A DNA stretch of 64,000 nucleotides from a virus. How positions within the stretch are numbered: the stretch's first letter is position 1; each line of letters begins with the position of its first letter. The position numbers and the translations under genes are program-made. Location: IMG/VR virus record IMGVR_UViG_3300023202_000142, positions 96,001 through 160,000 of that record; one strand, 5' to 3'. The notes under the pieces were generated by a model. It had not been told where the DNA came from. It did not search any database and worked only from the letters and a program-made list of their open reading frames with translations. Shown here in pieces: positions 37,247 to 46,469 of this stretch.

Positions 37247-37897
37247 GTGGCCCGGCCGCTGACTGATAACTATTTTCAGAATTTCAGGTTCCACGTCCTT
37301 GACGTGACGCTTTCGCGGGGGGCTCTTGATCTCCCGCTTCTTGCTCTGAGCCCCCAGCTCGGCTTTCAAACGGTCTCGGCTCCGACGATCAACGTCGAGG
37401 TGACGCAGATCCGTCCTGGCAACTCCCCGTTTCCTGTGAGTGTCGCCAAGGAGGCGTCGATCTCCAACGTGACGTTGACGCGCGGTGTTCTGACAGGTGA
37501 CCAGGAGTTCTATTCGTGGATTCGCCAGGCGATCTATGGTCGTGGCGCGTTTCGTCGAACTCTTCTGTTGGTGCAGATGCATCGTATGCTGAGAGGCGAT
37601 GACGGTACGCTAGCGCGCTTTGGGGACCTCGGGGCCATAGTGGCCACATCCCTGGGTCTCGGCGCCGCAGGGGCCATTGGCGACGGTGTGGCAACCGTCG
37701 CGGATGCGGCTGGTCTCGACGTCGACCTCTATGCGAGGATTTGGACGTTGTGGGACGCCATCCCGGTCCGATACCAGCCTGCCGGAACGTTCGATGCCAA
37801 CGACGAGGGCATTACGCTGCAGGAGCTGGAACTCGATGTTGAGTTCGTGTCGGAGATCAACCCGGGACCGTTCCCGATTTCGAGAGGTTGGACATGA
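37247..37897 (+). CDS. Tail tube protein 2 (paralog)
   Basis: QNFRFHV, GFQTVS, NVTLTRGV..FYSWI, WTLWDAIP..Y. Confidence 0.88.
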   Translation: MARPLTDNYFQNFRFHVLDVTLSRGALDLPLLALSPQLGFQTVSAPTINVEVTQIRPGNSPFPVSVAKEASISNVTLTRGVLTGDQEFYSWIRQAIYGRGAFRRTLLLVQMHRMLRGDDGTLARFGDLGAIVATSLGLGAAGAIGDGVATVADAAGLDVDLYARIWTLWDAIPVRYQPAGTFDANDEGITLQELELDVEFVSEINPGPFPISRGWT

Positions 37898-38247
37898 TGA
37901 CGATTCAGCGGTTTTTGCGACTCGTTGAGGACGAGGGCTTCGAGATCGAAACGCGTGCTGTCGGTGATGGCTGTCGCACCAGGGTCGGTGACGCGGTTCT
38001 TTACTACGGTGACGATGGTTTTCGGTTTGCGATTCGCGAGGGGCGGCGCATCACGTCCCTGGAGCGCGTTGTGGAGGGCCTTGGGTTCTCCGAGCGCGGG
38101 TTGCTGACGGAGGCCGTAGCAACGACTACGGCCAACGTGGCAGCCTACCAGGTTCCTCTTGGGACTCGTGTCGACGACTTCATCAACCGTTACGGCGACG
38201 AGGGAGACGATGATGGGCCTGCCCATCTGATGAAGCGGAAGTTCTGA
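37894..38247 (+). CDS. Hypothetical protein
   Basis: ATGA overlap with tube 2 stop. Confidence 0.6.
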   Translation: MMTIQRFLRLVEDEGFEIETRAVGDGCRTRVGDAVLYYGDDGFRFAIREGRRITSLERVVEGLGFSERGLLTEAVATTTANVAAYQVPLGTRVDDFINRYGDEGDDDGPAHLMKRKF

Positions 38248-38261
38248 GCACGAATTGCACA
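38245..38261. promoter_or_regulatory. Operator copy TGAGCA-CGAAT-TGCACA
   Basis: 1 mismatch to consensus; ends 5 nt upstream of TTGACA. Confidence 0.6.
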
Positions 38262-38266
38262 GTGCG

Positions 38267-38295
38267 TTGACAGTCGATTGCGGCGGTGAAATACT
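38267..38295 (+). promoter_or_regulatory. Sigma70-type promoter upstream of the tail chaperone gene
   Basis: TTGACA-17 bp-AATACT with TGn extension. Confidence 0.7.
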
Positions 38296-38321
38296 CGGCC
38301 AATCTCAACGAAGAGGGGCCC

Positions 38322-39443
38322 ATGTCCGAGTCCGCCAAAGCCAAAGCGCCACAGCCTGAAGTTCAGCAGGAGGCTGAGATCCGTCGTCGTGGTCCTGCAG
38401 AGGAGACGGCTCGACGAGAAGCGACTGACATGCTGGACGACGACCAGGTTCAGCAGATTCTCGAAAAACACATGCTGGGGGCGATCGATCGGTCGTCGAT
38501 TCAGGAGCGTGGTCGTGATGTTTTTGCGACCGTCGAGCTACCTGGCGGCGTTTTCGTCGGCGACCAGCTCGTCAAAGAGGTGGTGATTCGGGAGATGAGC
38601 GGCAAGCAGGACATGCTCCTCATGAACACCGAGGGCTCGACGGCGGAGTCCCTGCTGAAGATGGCGATCGGTTGTGTCGAGTCGATCGGGGATATCACTG
38701 AGCCCAGGGACGTTGCGAAGATTCTTCGCGGCCCGATGCTCATTGGCGATTTCAGCTACCTTCTCATGCGAATTCGGCAGCTAAGCGTAGGCGACAAGAT
38801 CGCCTTCACGGAGACCTGCCCGAAGTGCGAGGTCCAGGGCAGCTACGGGCTCTTCATTTCGAATCTCGACGTCTACGAACCCGTGGAGGCGGTGACACCG
38901 CAGGACCGTCGAGAGTCACTGGACATCGACAAGTGGGGAACAGGGAAGCCCTGGACGTTCAAGTGGCACTGGATGACGCAGGCTGACTCGGGATACCTGA
39001 ACCGGCTCGTCGACTATTACCGGGCCAAGGAAGAGGGTCGCACGCGCGGGCACAAGCAGGCGCGCAAGGTCAAGGGCGCGATGAGCATGATGGACCTCAT
39101 CAAGGCCGGCCTGGATCCGATGAGCGCAGCGATCATCGCTCGCCTGGATCGGGTTCTGGAGCCACCGCGGGACATCGATGGCAAGTTGGTGCGCGACGAG
39201 GTCGCGCTGGGGCGGTCGTCCAAGCCGAGGGACGGAGAACTGTCGCTCGATCAGTCCGTGAAGTACGTTCGGGAGCTGCCCACGGCGATTCGCATCTTCC
39301 TGTGGAACCAGCTCGACACGAACGAGCCGGGAGTCGACAACGAGGTCGAGTACCAGTGCGACAGTTGTGGTCACATCAACGAGTCTGTCATTCATCCGAC
39401 TGACCCAAATTTTTTCTTCCCTACGGAGGTCGACATCGACTAG
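38322..39443 (+). CDS. Tail assembly chaperone / baseplate hub protein (T4 gp26-like) (start reassigned from 38286)
   Basis: VVIREMSGKQD, GDFSYLLMRIRQLS, CPKC and CDSC; upstream of tape measure. Confidence 0.8.
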   Translation: MSESAKAKAPQPEVQQEAEIRRRGPAEETARREATDMLDDDQVQQILEKHMLGAIDRSSIQERGRDVFATVELPGGVFVGDQLVKEVVIREMSGKQDMLLMNTEGSTAESLLKMAIGCVESIGDITEPRDVAKILRGPMLIGDFSYLLMRIRQLSVGDKIAFTETCPKCEVQGSYGLFISNLDVYEPVEAVTPQDRRESLDIDKWGTGKPWTFKWHWMTQADSGYLNRLVDYYRAKEEGRTRGHKQARKVKGAMSMMDLIKAGLDPMSAAIIARLDRVLEPPRDIDGKLVRDEVALGRSSKPRDGELSLDQSVKYVRELPTAIRIFLWNQLDTNEPGVDNEVEYQCDSCGHINESVIHPTDPNFFFPTEVDID

Positions 39444-39628
39444 GCGCCATTCAGTCCGGTATCGACTTCCTCGTCGTCGAGGCCGGTATGGACTACGAGG
39501 CCGTGCTGGACCTGCCCACGTCGGTCCGCAACCGCTTGATCGAGCGCACGAAGGCGAGGATCGAGCGTGAGGTGGACCTCGAAGTACAGAAGCTGAAGGC
39601 TGTCAGGAAGTTTTTGACCGGCAAATGA
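39404..39628 (+). CDS. -1 frame extension of the chaperone (gp51/GT-like); not in the ORF track
   Basis: Frame opens after TGA 39401-39403: ..AIQSGIDFLVVEAGMDYEAVLDLPTSVRNRLIER..; internal ATG 39488 lacks a clear RBS. Confidence 0.65.
   Translation, partial: PKFFLPYGGRHRLGAIQSGIDFLVVEAGMDYEAVLDLPTSVRNRLIERTKARIEREVDLEVQKLKAVRKFLTGK
39407..39416 (+). other. Putative -1 programmed frameshift site
   Basis: A-AAT-TTT and T-TTT-TTC overlapping X-XXY-YYZ heptamers in the chaperone frame. Confidence 0.65.
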
Positions 39629-39638
39629 GAGAGGCCGC

Positions 39639-39986
39639 GTGTCTTACTACGTGTGGGATGTGCTCGATGACATGGTGTCTGGGCGTCCCTACCCTGTTGT
39701 TATCGTTCAGAACATTCACGTCGCCCCGATGGGTGACGGACTGCTGCGTCTTGTCTTGGTCGATCACCCCAGACATGGTGCAGCCTGGGATGCTGTCGAG
39801 GAGCACGGGCTCGGTGGAGAGGTTGCTTTGATCCTCGATTCGGCGCGATATTGCTACTACGCTGACCTGGGCGACGAGGAGGATGATACGGTCTACCTCG
39901 TGCCCATTGAGGATGCGAACGAATCGGGCCTGCCGGACAACCACAGACTCATGGAAACGGCGGTGCACCTCCTGATGCGATGGTAA
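39639..39986 (+). CDS. Hypothetical protein
   Basis: GAGG RBS, GTG start, fills gap before tape measure. Confidence 0.55.
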   Translation: MSYYVWDVLDDMVSGRPYPVVIVQNIHVAPMGDGLLRLVLVDHPRHGAAWDAVEEHGLGGEVALILDSARYCYYADLGDEEDDTVYLVPIEDANESGLPDNHRLMETAVHLLMRW

Positions 39987-39990
39987 CGCC

Positions 39991-42900
39991 GTGGCCGATA
40001 AAAACTGGCTTAACCTGGGGGTAGCCTTTCCGGTCGTCGACAAGGGGGCCAAGAAGGCGATTGGCGCGATGAAGGGCAGCCTCGACAAGATCGGCGGCAG
40101 CCTCGACGACATCGGTTCGTCGAATGCGTTCGAGAAGCTGATGCAGTCGGTCGATGTCCGCAAGCTCGACAAGGTCGTCGAGAAGATGGACAGCCTGGCG
40201 GACGCTGCGGCGAGCAACATCAATCTGTCGTCGAGCCTGGACTCCCAGTACCTTTCCGCTTCGATCAGTGCCGAGAAGCTTGGGGCGACGACCAACGTTA
40301 GCGCCAAGAAGATCAAACAGGCGACGGGGTTCTTCGCTGACCTTCAGATGGACGTCAACGAGCTGCAGAAGGGGTTCGTCACCCTGGAGAAGGCGGGTCT
40401 CGACGTCTCGAAGCTCGGGTTCTCGAATTTCAAGGAGTTCGCCAAGTTCAGTGACGTTGTCGGTGTCAGCACTGAGTCGCTGGCGAATGAGTTGCACGGG
40501 CTGCGCAACAGCTATGGGTTCACCGACGACCAGCTCGCCGGTTTCCTCGACACCATGACGGCGACCTCCAAGGAGATGGGGATCTCTCGCGAGGTGTTCG
40601 GGAACATGTCGGCGATCACGCAGCAGCTCGATGATCACTTCGCTCGCCTCAACATGAATGTGACGCCTGAGCAGTTCACGCAGGCAGCTAAAGAGGCTGT
40701 GTTGCTCTCGGGTGCGCTGCACAAGACAGGCATCGCGTCGGGTGACGTCGTGCAGACTCAGCAGGGTCTGGCGCAGCAGTTGACTGAAGCGCGCTTCCAG
40801 ATGCGCCAACTGGCGACGGGTGCTGCTGGTGAGTTGCCGGACATGCTGACCAAGATGGGGGTCGCCTCACAGGACTTCGATGCCGCGATGACGGCGTTGA
40901 ACAGTTCTCCGCTCGACTTCATGACGTTCATGTCGGATCGCTTCAAGGACATGTCGGAGTCGCAGCGCGAGTTCTTCATCACCCACAGCGGTCTGTCCAA
41001 AGATCTGATGTGGTCGATGGCGAACTACCCGAAGGTGGCCGAGGAGGTTCAGCGGGTCGCCGACAAAACCCGCAACGCCGCGGGGGCGTCGCAGGAGATG
41101 TCGAAGGCGTATCGGGTCAACCGGACGATGCAGGAGAAGTTCAGCTTCGCAAACGAGAAGTTCGAGACCAGGCTGCTCAGGATGTCCTCGAAGATGGGCA
41201 TCGCGAACCAGATCTTGGACAACCAGCGCCTTGCACACAGTAAGCTTTACGAGACCCTGGAGGCTGGTGCGAAGAAAGACGGGGCCGTGGGCCTGATCAC
41301 GCAGGCGTTCCTGGCCTACAAGCAGGGCGGCCTTCAGGGCGCTGTGATTGCGATCGACAACTTCCTGTCGAACTCGAAATCACTGGACGCATTCCTGACG
41401 AAGCACTCCAAGAAGATCGAGAAACTCAAGGACGCGTTTGGGACGTTGGCCGAGAAGTTGGGGTTCGAGGGGTCTGGTGACGGTCTGGTGTCGACCCTGA
41501 AGGATCTCCGGTTCGAGCTGATGGGGATGGCTCCGATGGTTCTCGGCGTAGCAGCCGCGGTCAAGATGTCGGGTCTTGGCGGTGCGATGACATCGCTGTT
41601 CGCAGCGTTTGGTCCCGCAGGTCCGATTGCTCTCGCGGTGGGTGGGCTTGCAGCGATCGACAAGCACTGGGAAGGCGGCATCGAGGGGTTCACCAAGGAC
41701 GTTGTCGCCTTTGCGAAGGAGAACATCCCCAAGGCTGTTAAGAAGATCCAGGGCGAGTTGCCGACGATCATGAAAAAATCTGGCAACATCCTTGGCATCC
41801 TGGGTACCGCCCTGGTCGAGGGCCTCAACGCGACATCGGAGATGATGGATGAGGTCAACTGGGAAAAGATGGGGGCGATTGCCACTGAGAAGTTCGCGGA
41901 GTACTCGGTTAAGGCGTTTGATTTCGTAGCCGACGTTCTCCGGGTTGCGATCACTGGCGATGAGGTAAAGGGGGATTCCGAGCTTCAGAACGCACTCGGC
42001 AAGATCGGGCACAGCATCGGTGAGGCGATCATCGGAGGGATCAAGGGCGCGCTTGGTCGCATGGGTGACGAGATTGCCAGCGATACCTCGGTCACCGACA
42101 AGTTGTCGGGCGCCGGCAAGATCCTCGCCGGTTCGTTTGTTGGGGGAATTGGGCTTCGGGGGGTCGGCTCGATGATGCAAAAGGTTCCTGGTCTGAGAAC
42201 CGCTGGAAAGGGGGTCGGGCTTGCCGGAAGAGGTATGACGGCGGGGGCGACGGGTACAGCCAAGGTTGCCGCAAAAGGCGCTGTGCTGGCCGGCAAGGGC
42301 CTCATGCGGGGCGGTAAGGGCGCCTGGAACGTCGGGAAGGGGGTCAAGGACGTCGCTCAGATGGGCAAAACGTTTGAGGGGCTTTCTGGGGCGGCATCAA
42401 AGAAGGTCGGGTTTGGGGCAAGAATCGGCGCAGCGCTGAAAGGTCTTCCGGGGACGGCAGGGAAGGCGTTCAAGGGTATCGCCAAGGCCGCGGGCCCCTG
42501 GCTGAAGACGGTGGGTAAGATTCTGGGACCCCTGATCGTCTTCTACGAGTACATCAAGCAGGGTCCCGACATCGTCGAGGGCGCGTTTGGCACGATCAAG
42601 GCCGTAATCGAGGGCGATGTCAACGACGCCACGAAGTATGGTGAGAAGGCGTTCAAGGGGTTTGCGCGAGTGTTGGATGGTGTTCTCATCGGCATCCCTG
42701 GAAAGATTACCGACGCACTGATGCCGGACGGCCTGGTGTTTGATCTCGGCGAATTCTACCGGCACACGCTCGATGTCACTGAGGAGCACATCGAGGTCAT
42801 GGTCGATGAATGGTCGGCGTTCCCCGAGACGATGAAGGGGATGTTTGGCAACATTGGCATGGACATTAAGGGCATCTTCAGCGACGCCAGAGAGGCGGCC

Positions 42901-43425
42901 GGCGAGTTCTGGGAAGGCTTCATGAAGTCGGGGAGCACCGTGCTTGCGCTGATGGAGGTGAGCTTCGACGCGTTCAGTCACGTCATCATTCACGGGTTCC
43001 TTGGGAAGATGCTGCGAGCCGTGGAGGATTTCATCATCGGGCTGATCAAGCCGTGGCAGGAACTGGCGAACAAACCGATGTTCTCAAGGTTCGTGAAGGC
43101 GCTTCCGGGCGGCAAGATGCTGCAGACGATGGACCTGGAGTCGTTCCGGGTTACTGATGCTCTCGGGTTGACCGACGAGGCGGCCAGGAAGAGCCGTGAG
43201 GGCGTAGCGAAGAGCGCGAAGGTGGTAGCAGCCTCGGGCGCCCTTGCGACGCCTGGTGGCGGCGCTACGGGTGCCCTGCTTGAAGCTGTGCTCGGGGAGC
43301 CGATCGAGTCGCTGGCCAAGAAGTCGGACGAGCAGACCGAGGAGCTGAAGAAGGTGAACGAGAATCTCAAGGAGAGTCGACGGCGCTCGACGCCGCCGGC
43401 GATCAATCAACCCGCACTGGACTGA
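39991..43425 (+). CDS. Tape measure protein
   Basis: 1144 aa, helical A/G/K-rich, hydrophobic segments, after chaperone and before baseplate genes. Confidence 0.9.
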   Translation: MADKNWLNLGVAFPVVDKGAKKAIGAMKGSLDKIGGSLDDIGSSNAFEKLMQSVDVRKLDKVVEKMDSLADAAASNINLSSSLDSQYLSASISAEKLGATTNVSAKKIKQATGFFADLQMDVNELQKGFVTLEKAGLDVSKLGFSNFKEFAKFSDVVGVSTESLANELHGLRNSYGFTDDQLAGFLDTMTATSKEMGISREVFGNMSAITQQLDDHFARLNMNVTPEQFTQAAKEAVLLSGALHKTGIASGDVVQTQQGLAQQLTEARFQMRQLATGAAGELPDMLTKMGVASQDFDAAMTALNSSPLDFMTFMSDRFKDMSESQREFFITHSGLSKDLMWSMANYPKVAEEVQRVADKTRNAAGASQEMSKAYRVNRTMQEKFSFANEKFETRLLRMSSKMGIANQILDNQRLAHSKLYETLEAGAKKDGAVGLITQAFLAYKQGGLQGAVIAIDNFLSNSKSLDAFLTKHSKKIEKLKDAFGTLAEKLGFEGSGDGLVSTLKDLRFELMGMAPMVLGVAAAVKMSGLGGAMTSLFAAFGPAGPIALAVGGLAAIDKHWEGGIEGFTKDVVAFAKENIPKAVKKIQGELPTIMKKSGNILGILGTALVEGLNATSEMMDEVNWEKMGAIATEKFAEYSVKAFDFVADVLRVAITGDEVKGDSELQNALGKIGHSIGEAIIGGIKGALGRMGDEIASDTSVTDKLSGAGKILAGSFVGGIGLRGVGSMMQKVPGLRTAGKGVGLAGRGMTAGATGTAKVAAKGAVLAGKGLMRGGKGAWNVGKGVKDVAQMGKTFEGLSGAASKKVGFGARIGAALKGLPGTAGKAFKGIAKAAGPWLKTVGKILGPLIVFYEYIKQGPDIVEGAFGTIKAVIEGDVNDATKYGEKAFKGFARVLDGVLIGIPGKITDALMPDGLVFDLGEFYRHTLDVTEEHIEVMVDEWSAFPETMKGMFGNIGMDIKGIFSDAREAAGEFWEGFMKSGSTVLALMEVSFDAFSHVIIHGFLGKMLRAVEDFIIGLIKPWQELANKPMFSRFVKALPGGKMLQTMDLESFRVTDALGLTDEAARKSREGVAKSAKVVAASGALATPGGGATGALLEAVLGEPIESLAKKSDEQTEELKKVNENLKESRRRSTPPAINQPALD

Positions 43426-43433
43426 GGTAGGGC

Positions 43434-43778
43434 GTGGCAACGATTCAAGAGGAAGGCGTCTCCATTAAGCGCGGGTCGTGGTTGAAGAACCAGGCGCTGG
43501 ATCGCTACGATGGCCGCACGGTTGCCTGGGGTGGTTTCGAGCGGCTGCCCGACATCGAGGAGCGCGACGGCGACATCCTGTATCGCGTCCAGGGCGATGA
43601 GCGTCCCGAGCAGATCGCCCAGCGGTTCTACGGCAAGTACGAGATGTGGTGGATCATTGCCCTGGCGAACAACATTAGGATCCCAATTTCGGACATGTGG
43701 CCTGGACGTTTCCTTCGCATCCCGGACCCAAACGCCATGCTTCAGCAGGTCAGAGAGCAGGAGTTCCTGAGTGGCTAG
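43434..43778 (+). CDS. LysM-like baseplate protein (gp53/tail X-like)
   Basis: YRVQGDERPEQIAQRFYG..WWIIALANNI..PG..LRIP. Confidence 0.85.
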   Translation: MATIQEEGVSIKRGSWLKNQALDRYDGRTVAWGGFERLPDIEERDGDILYRVQGDERPEQIAQRFYGKYEMWWIIALANNIRIPISDMWPGRFLRIPDPNAMLQQVREQEFLSG

Positions 43779-45234
43779 CTTCAACTTCATGTCGCCGGTG
43801 ATGAAGTGTCGGCTGGAATCCAAGTCCGGGAAGGTGCTCGACTTCAAGAACTGGAGCAACAAGTACAACGTTGGCACATCGAGTGTCGATGTTCGTCGCG
43901 CCGGTGGCGGCACCCCCGTTCAGGGGTCGAACTATCCCTATGTCACCGCGTTGACCGTCACGACCACCGGGGAGGGGACAGACGCCGGTCGCGGCGCGAT
44001 CATGGCCAACACGATCGGCATCCAGATCGAGGCGCCTTACGAGCAATGGCTTGCTCTTGTCGAAGATCACTTGGATGTGTTTGTGGAGTCGACGGTTGCC
44101 AGGGTTCAGCTTGGTTACTCAGGTCGTGAGACCGGGTTCCTTTCTGAGGAGTTCGCAGCGAATCTGCAGGTCATCAATGTCGACATGTCGATGGATTTCG
44201 TGTCGATGACGCTGCAGGCCATAGGTAACACCTGGTACATGAGTCGGCGTGAGGGGAAGATCAACACCAACGGCCGAACGATCTTGCAGATACTTCGGGA
44301 GATCGCGGATAGTCACGCCGCCAAGCTGTTTTACCTGGATGATCGAGGGGAGCTACAGCCGATGCCGGCGACTCAACCGACCGTGGTTCGGCAGCTCGGT
44401 CGATCGTTGACCGAGGTTTTGGAGGGGTCGGACTACGATATCGTCAAACAGCTTGTGCATGATCACGCGAATTTGCATTTCTACATGATCGGCTCCAGGA
44501 TCGTGATCTACAGCGCCAAAGCGGCGGGTGCTCAGAAGTTTGTCTCAGCGTTTGAGTTCCGCGGTCAGGTCAACTTGTCGGAGGGCGTTTACCCCTGCTT
44601 GAACTTCCAAAACACGAACTCGCAGTCAACGATTCGGCGAGCTGCGGCCAAGATTGAGTCACAGAACCTGAACCTGGACACGAAGCAACGGCAGACATTT
44701 GAGGCCCTCAAGAAGGATTTGAACGTCGCGTTTCATCGCCCCTTTGGCGTTGCCGATGACATCCCCCCGGGGGCCGCATCTTCGGCTGACGCAATTGCTG
44801 GCGGCTCCTCGCAGGAGATCCCTGCTTCGTCAAAGCCATATCGCAAGGACCAGCGAGGCATCTATATGCCTCTGGCATCTAACGACCCGTCTGCGAAGGA
44901 GAAGGTTGTTAGTGTGAAGCAACAGGCTGAGGGGCTCAGCGGCGTGATTTCGACGTGGGAGACGTTAGGCAACCCGTTGATCCGGCCGGGCCAGGAGGCA
45001 GATGTTCGAGGCGTCAGCAGTCTCTTCAGTGGCAGGTATCATCTGTCGAAGGTTACCCACGTCGGGAACCTGTCGGGCTACACGACGCAGATCGAGGGCA
45101 AGACGTACGGTCGTTCCAAGGAGTTGGCTCCGGGAACCGTGGATACCCGGGGCCAGGCGCCACAGGCTGAAACTGCGACAGCTCGTGCTGTTGATGCTGC
45201 CATTGACACTCAGGTGAAGAAGGTTTCTTCGTGA
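43771..45234 (+). CDS. Baseplate hub protein (gp27/late control D-like)
   Basis: TILQILREIA, SDYDIVKQL, GNPLIRPG..V.GV..SGRY...VTH. Confidence 0.85.
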   Translation: MASFNFMSPVMKCRLESKSGKVLDFKNWSNKYNVGTSSVDVRRAGGGTPVQGSNYPYVTALTVTTTGEGTDAGRGAIMANTIGIQIEAPYEQWLALVEDHLDVFVESTVARVQLGYSGRETGFLSEEFAANLQVINVDMSMDFVSMTLQAIGNTWYMSRREGKINTNGRTILQILREIADSHAAKLFYLDDRGELQPMPATQPTVVRQLGRSLTEVLEGSDYDIVKQLVHDHANLHFYMIGSRIVIYSAKAAGAQKFVSAFEFRGQVNLSEGVYPCLNFQNTNSQSTIRRAAAKIESQNLNLDTKQRQTFEALKKDLNVAFHRPFGVADDIPPGAASSADAIAGGSSQEIPASSKPYRKDQRGIYMPLASNDPSAKEKVVSVKQQAEGLSGVISTWETLGNPLIRPGQEADVRGVSSLFSGRYHLSKVTHVGNLSGYTTQIEGKTYGRSKELAPGTVDTRGQAPQAETATARAVDAAIDTQVKKVSS

Positions 45235-46079
45235 TTCATCAACTCGTTAACGCAATTCGTCAGCGGGGCCTGGAGTACTTTGGCCGATGGTATGGTTGGT
45301 ACCCCGGCGAGGTCGTCGACAACGAGGATCCACAGCGTCAGGACCGCGTGCGCGTGCGGGTGGACGCGCTGGGGCTTCCAGACGGGCAGGATGTGCTGCC
45401 GAACTGGGCGTATCCACAGACTGGACCGTGGACCCCCGGGCCCGATAAAGGCTCGTCGAATGTCCCCAGGGTCGGTGACAATGTCTGGGTCTGTTTCGAG
45501 AACGGCAACACATCGACACCGCGGTATGCGCCTTCTGGCTGGTATGCCAGCGGAGAAAAGCCGGCCGAGTTCGAGACGGTCGAGGATCGTGGCTGGAAGA
45601 CCCATGCGGGTCATGTCGTGCGGTTTCGGGACCTCGACGGGGATGAGTCGATTCTGTTTCGGCACGCCAATGGCGGTCAGGTCGAACTGGAGTCCGATAA
45701 CTCCATCGTGATTAAGACGGTGGCCGGGGACATCATCGATATCGACCCACAAGGGAGTGTGTTGGTGCAGCATCGTGCGGGCACCAAGGTAGAGATGCAG
45801 ACCACGAGTATCGATATTCAGGCCAGCGTGAGGGCCACGATCAAGGCGGCCAGGGTCGTCGCTGAGGCTTCGCAGACCGAACTGTCAGCTCCTGGCGCGA
45901 CTCATCCTGTGGTGAAGGGGGATCTGCTTTTTGGCTGGCTTCAGCAGCTTCATTCCTGGGCCGTCGGACATGTTCATCTTTCGGCTGCACCGACGATGCC
46001 GACAAGCAACTCTCAGCCTCCAGGGTTGCCTCTGCCGCCGCCTCCGGCGATGCTGTCCACGAAGACGAGGACGGGATAA
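45231..46079 (+). CDS. Baseplate spike (gp5 OB-fold/gpV-like)
   Basis: GEVVDNEDP..RVRVRV, PRVGDNVWVCFENG, C-terminal H.H metal motif. Confidence 0.9.
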   Translation: MIHQLVNAIRQRGLEYFGRWYGWYPGEVVDNEDPQRQDRVRVRVDALGLPDGQDVLPNWAYPQTGPWTPGPDKGSSNVPRVGDNVWVCFENGNTSTPRYAPSGWYASGEKPAEFETVEDRGWKTHAGHVVRFRDLDGDESILFRHANGGQVELESDNSIVIKTVAGDIIDIDPQGSVLVQHRAGTKVEMQTTSIDIQASVRATIKAARVVAEASQTELSAPGATHPVVKGDLLFGWLQQLHSWAVGHVHLSAAPTMPTSNSQPPGLPLPPPPAMLSTKTRTG

Positions 46080-46082
46080 AGC

Positions 46083-46469
46083 ATGCCGAATCGAGGGATC
46101 CGATACCCCTTCAACCTGTTTGGGGGAGCGCCAGACGAGGCGAAGGATGGCGAGCTTGTTGCAAGTGCGCTCACCCAGTTGTTCAGTCAGGAGAAGCGTG
46201 AGCGGGTCTACAACGACCTGAACGGGATCAACCTTACCGAGTATGTGTTTGATAACCAGAATGACGTCCTGAAGGCCAACGTGCGTCGCGACATTGTGCT
46301 CGCGGTTTCGCGGTTCGAGCGTCGCGTGTCGATCGAGCGGGTCAATGTGCGGTTTGTCAACGTTGCTGGAACCAAGCCGACCTTGGATCTGGAGTTGGTG
46401 TGGCGGTATCAGGGCAGGGCCTACTCGGTAGCCCGTGCCGTTGGAGTGACTCAGCCTGAGAGTGCGTGA
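46083..46469 (+). CDS. Baseplate wedge protein, gp25-like
   Basis: LFSQEKRERV, I..AVSRFERRV. Confidence 0.85.
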   Translation: MPNRGIRYPFNLFGGAPDEAKDGELVASALTQLFSQEKRERVYNDLNGINLTEYVFDNQNDVLKANVRRDIVLAVSRFERRVSIERVNVRFVNVAGTKPTLDLELVWRYQGRAYSVARAVGVTQPESA

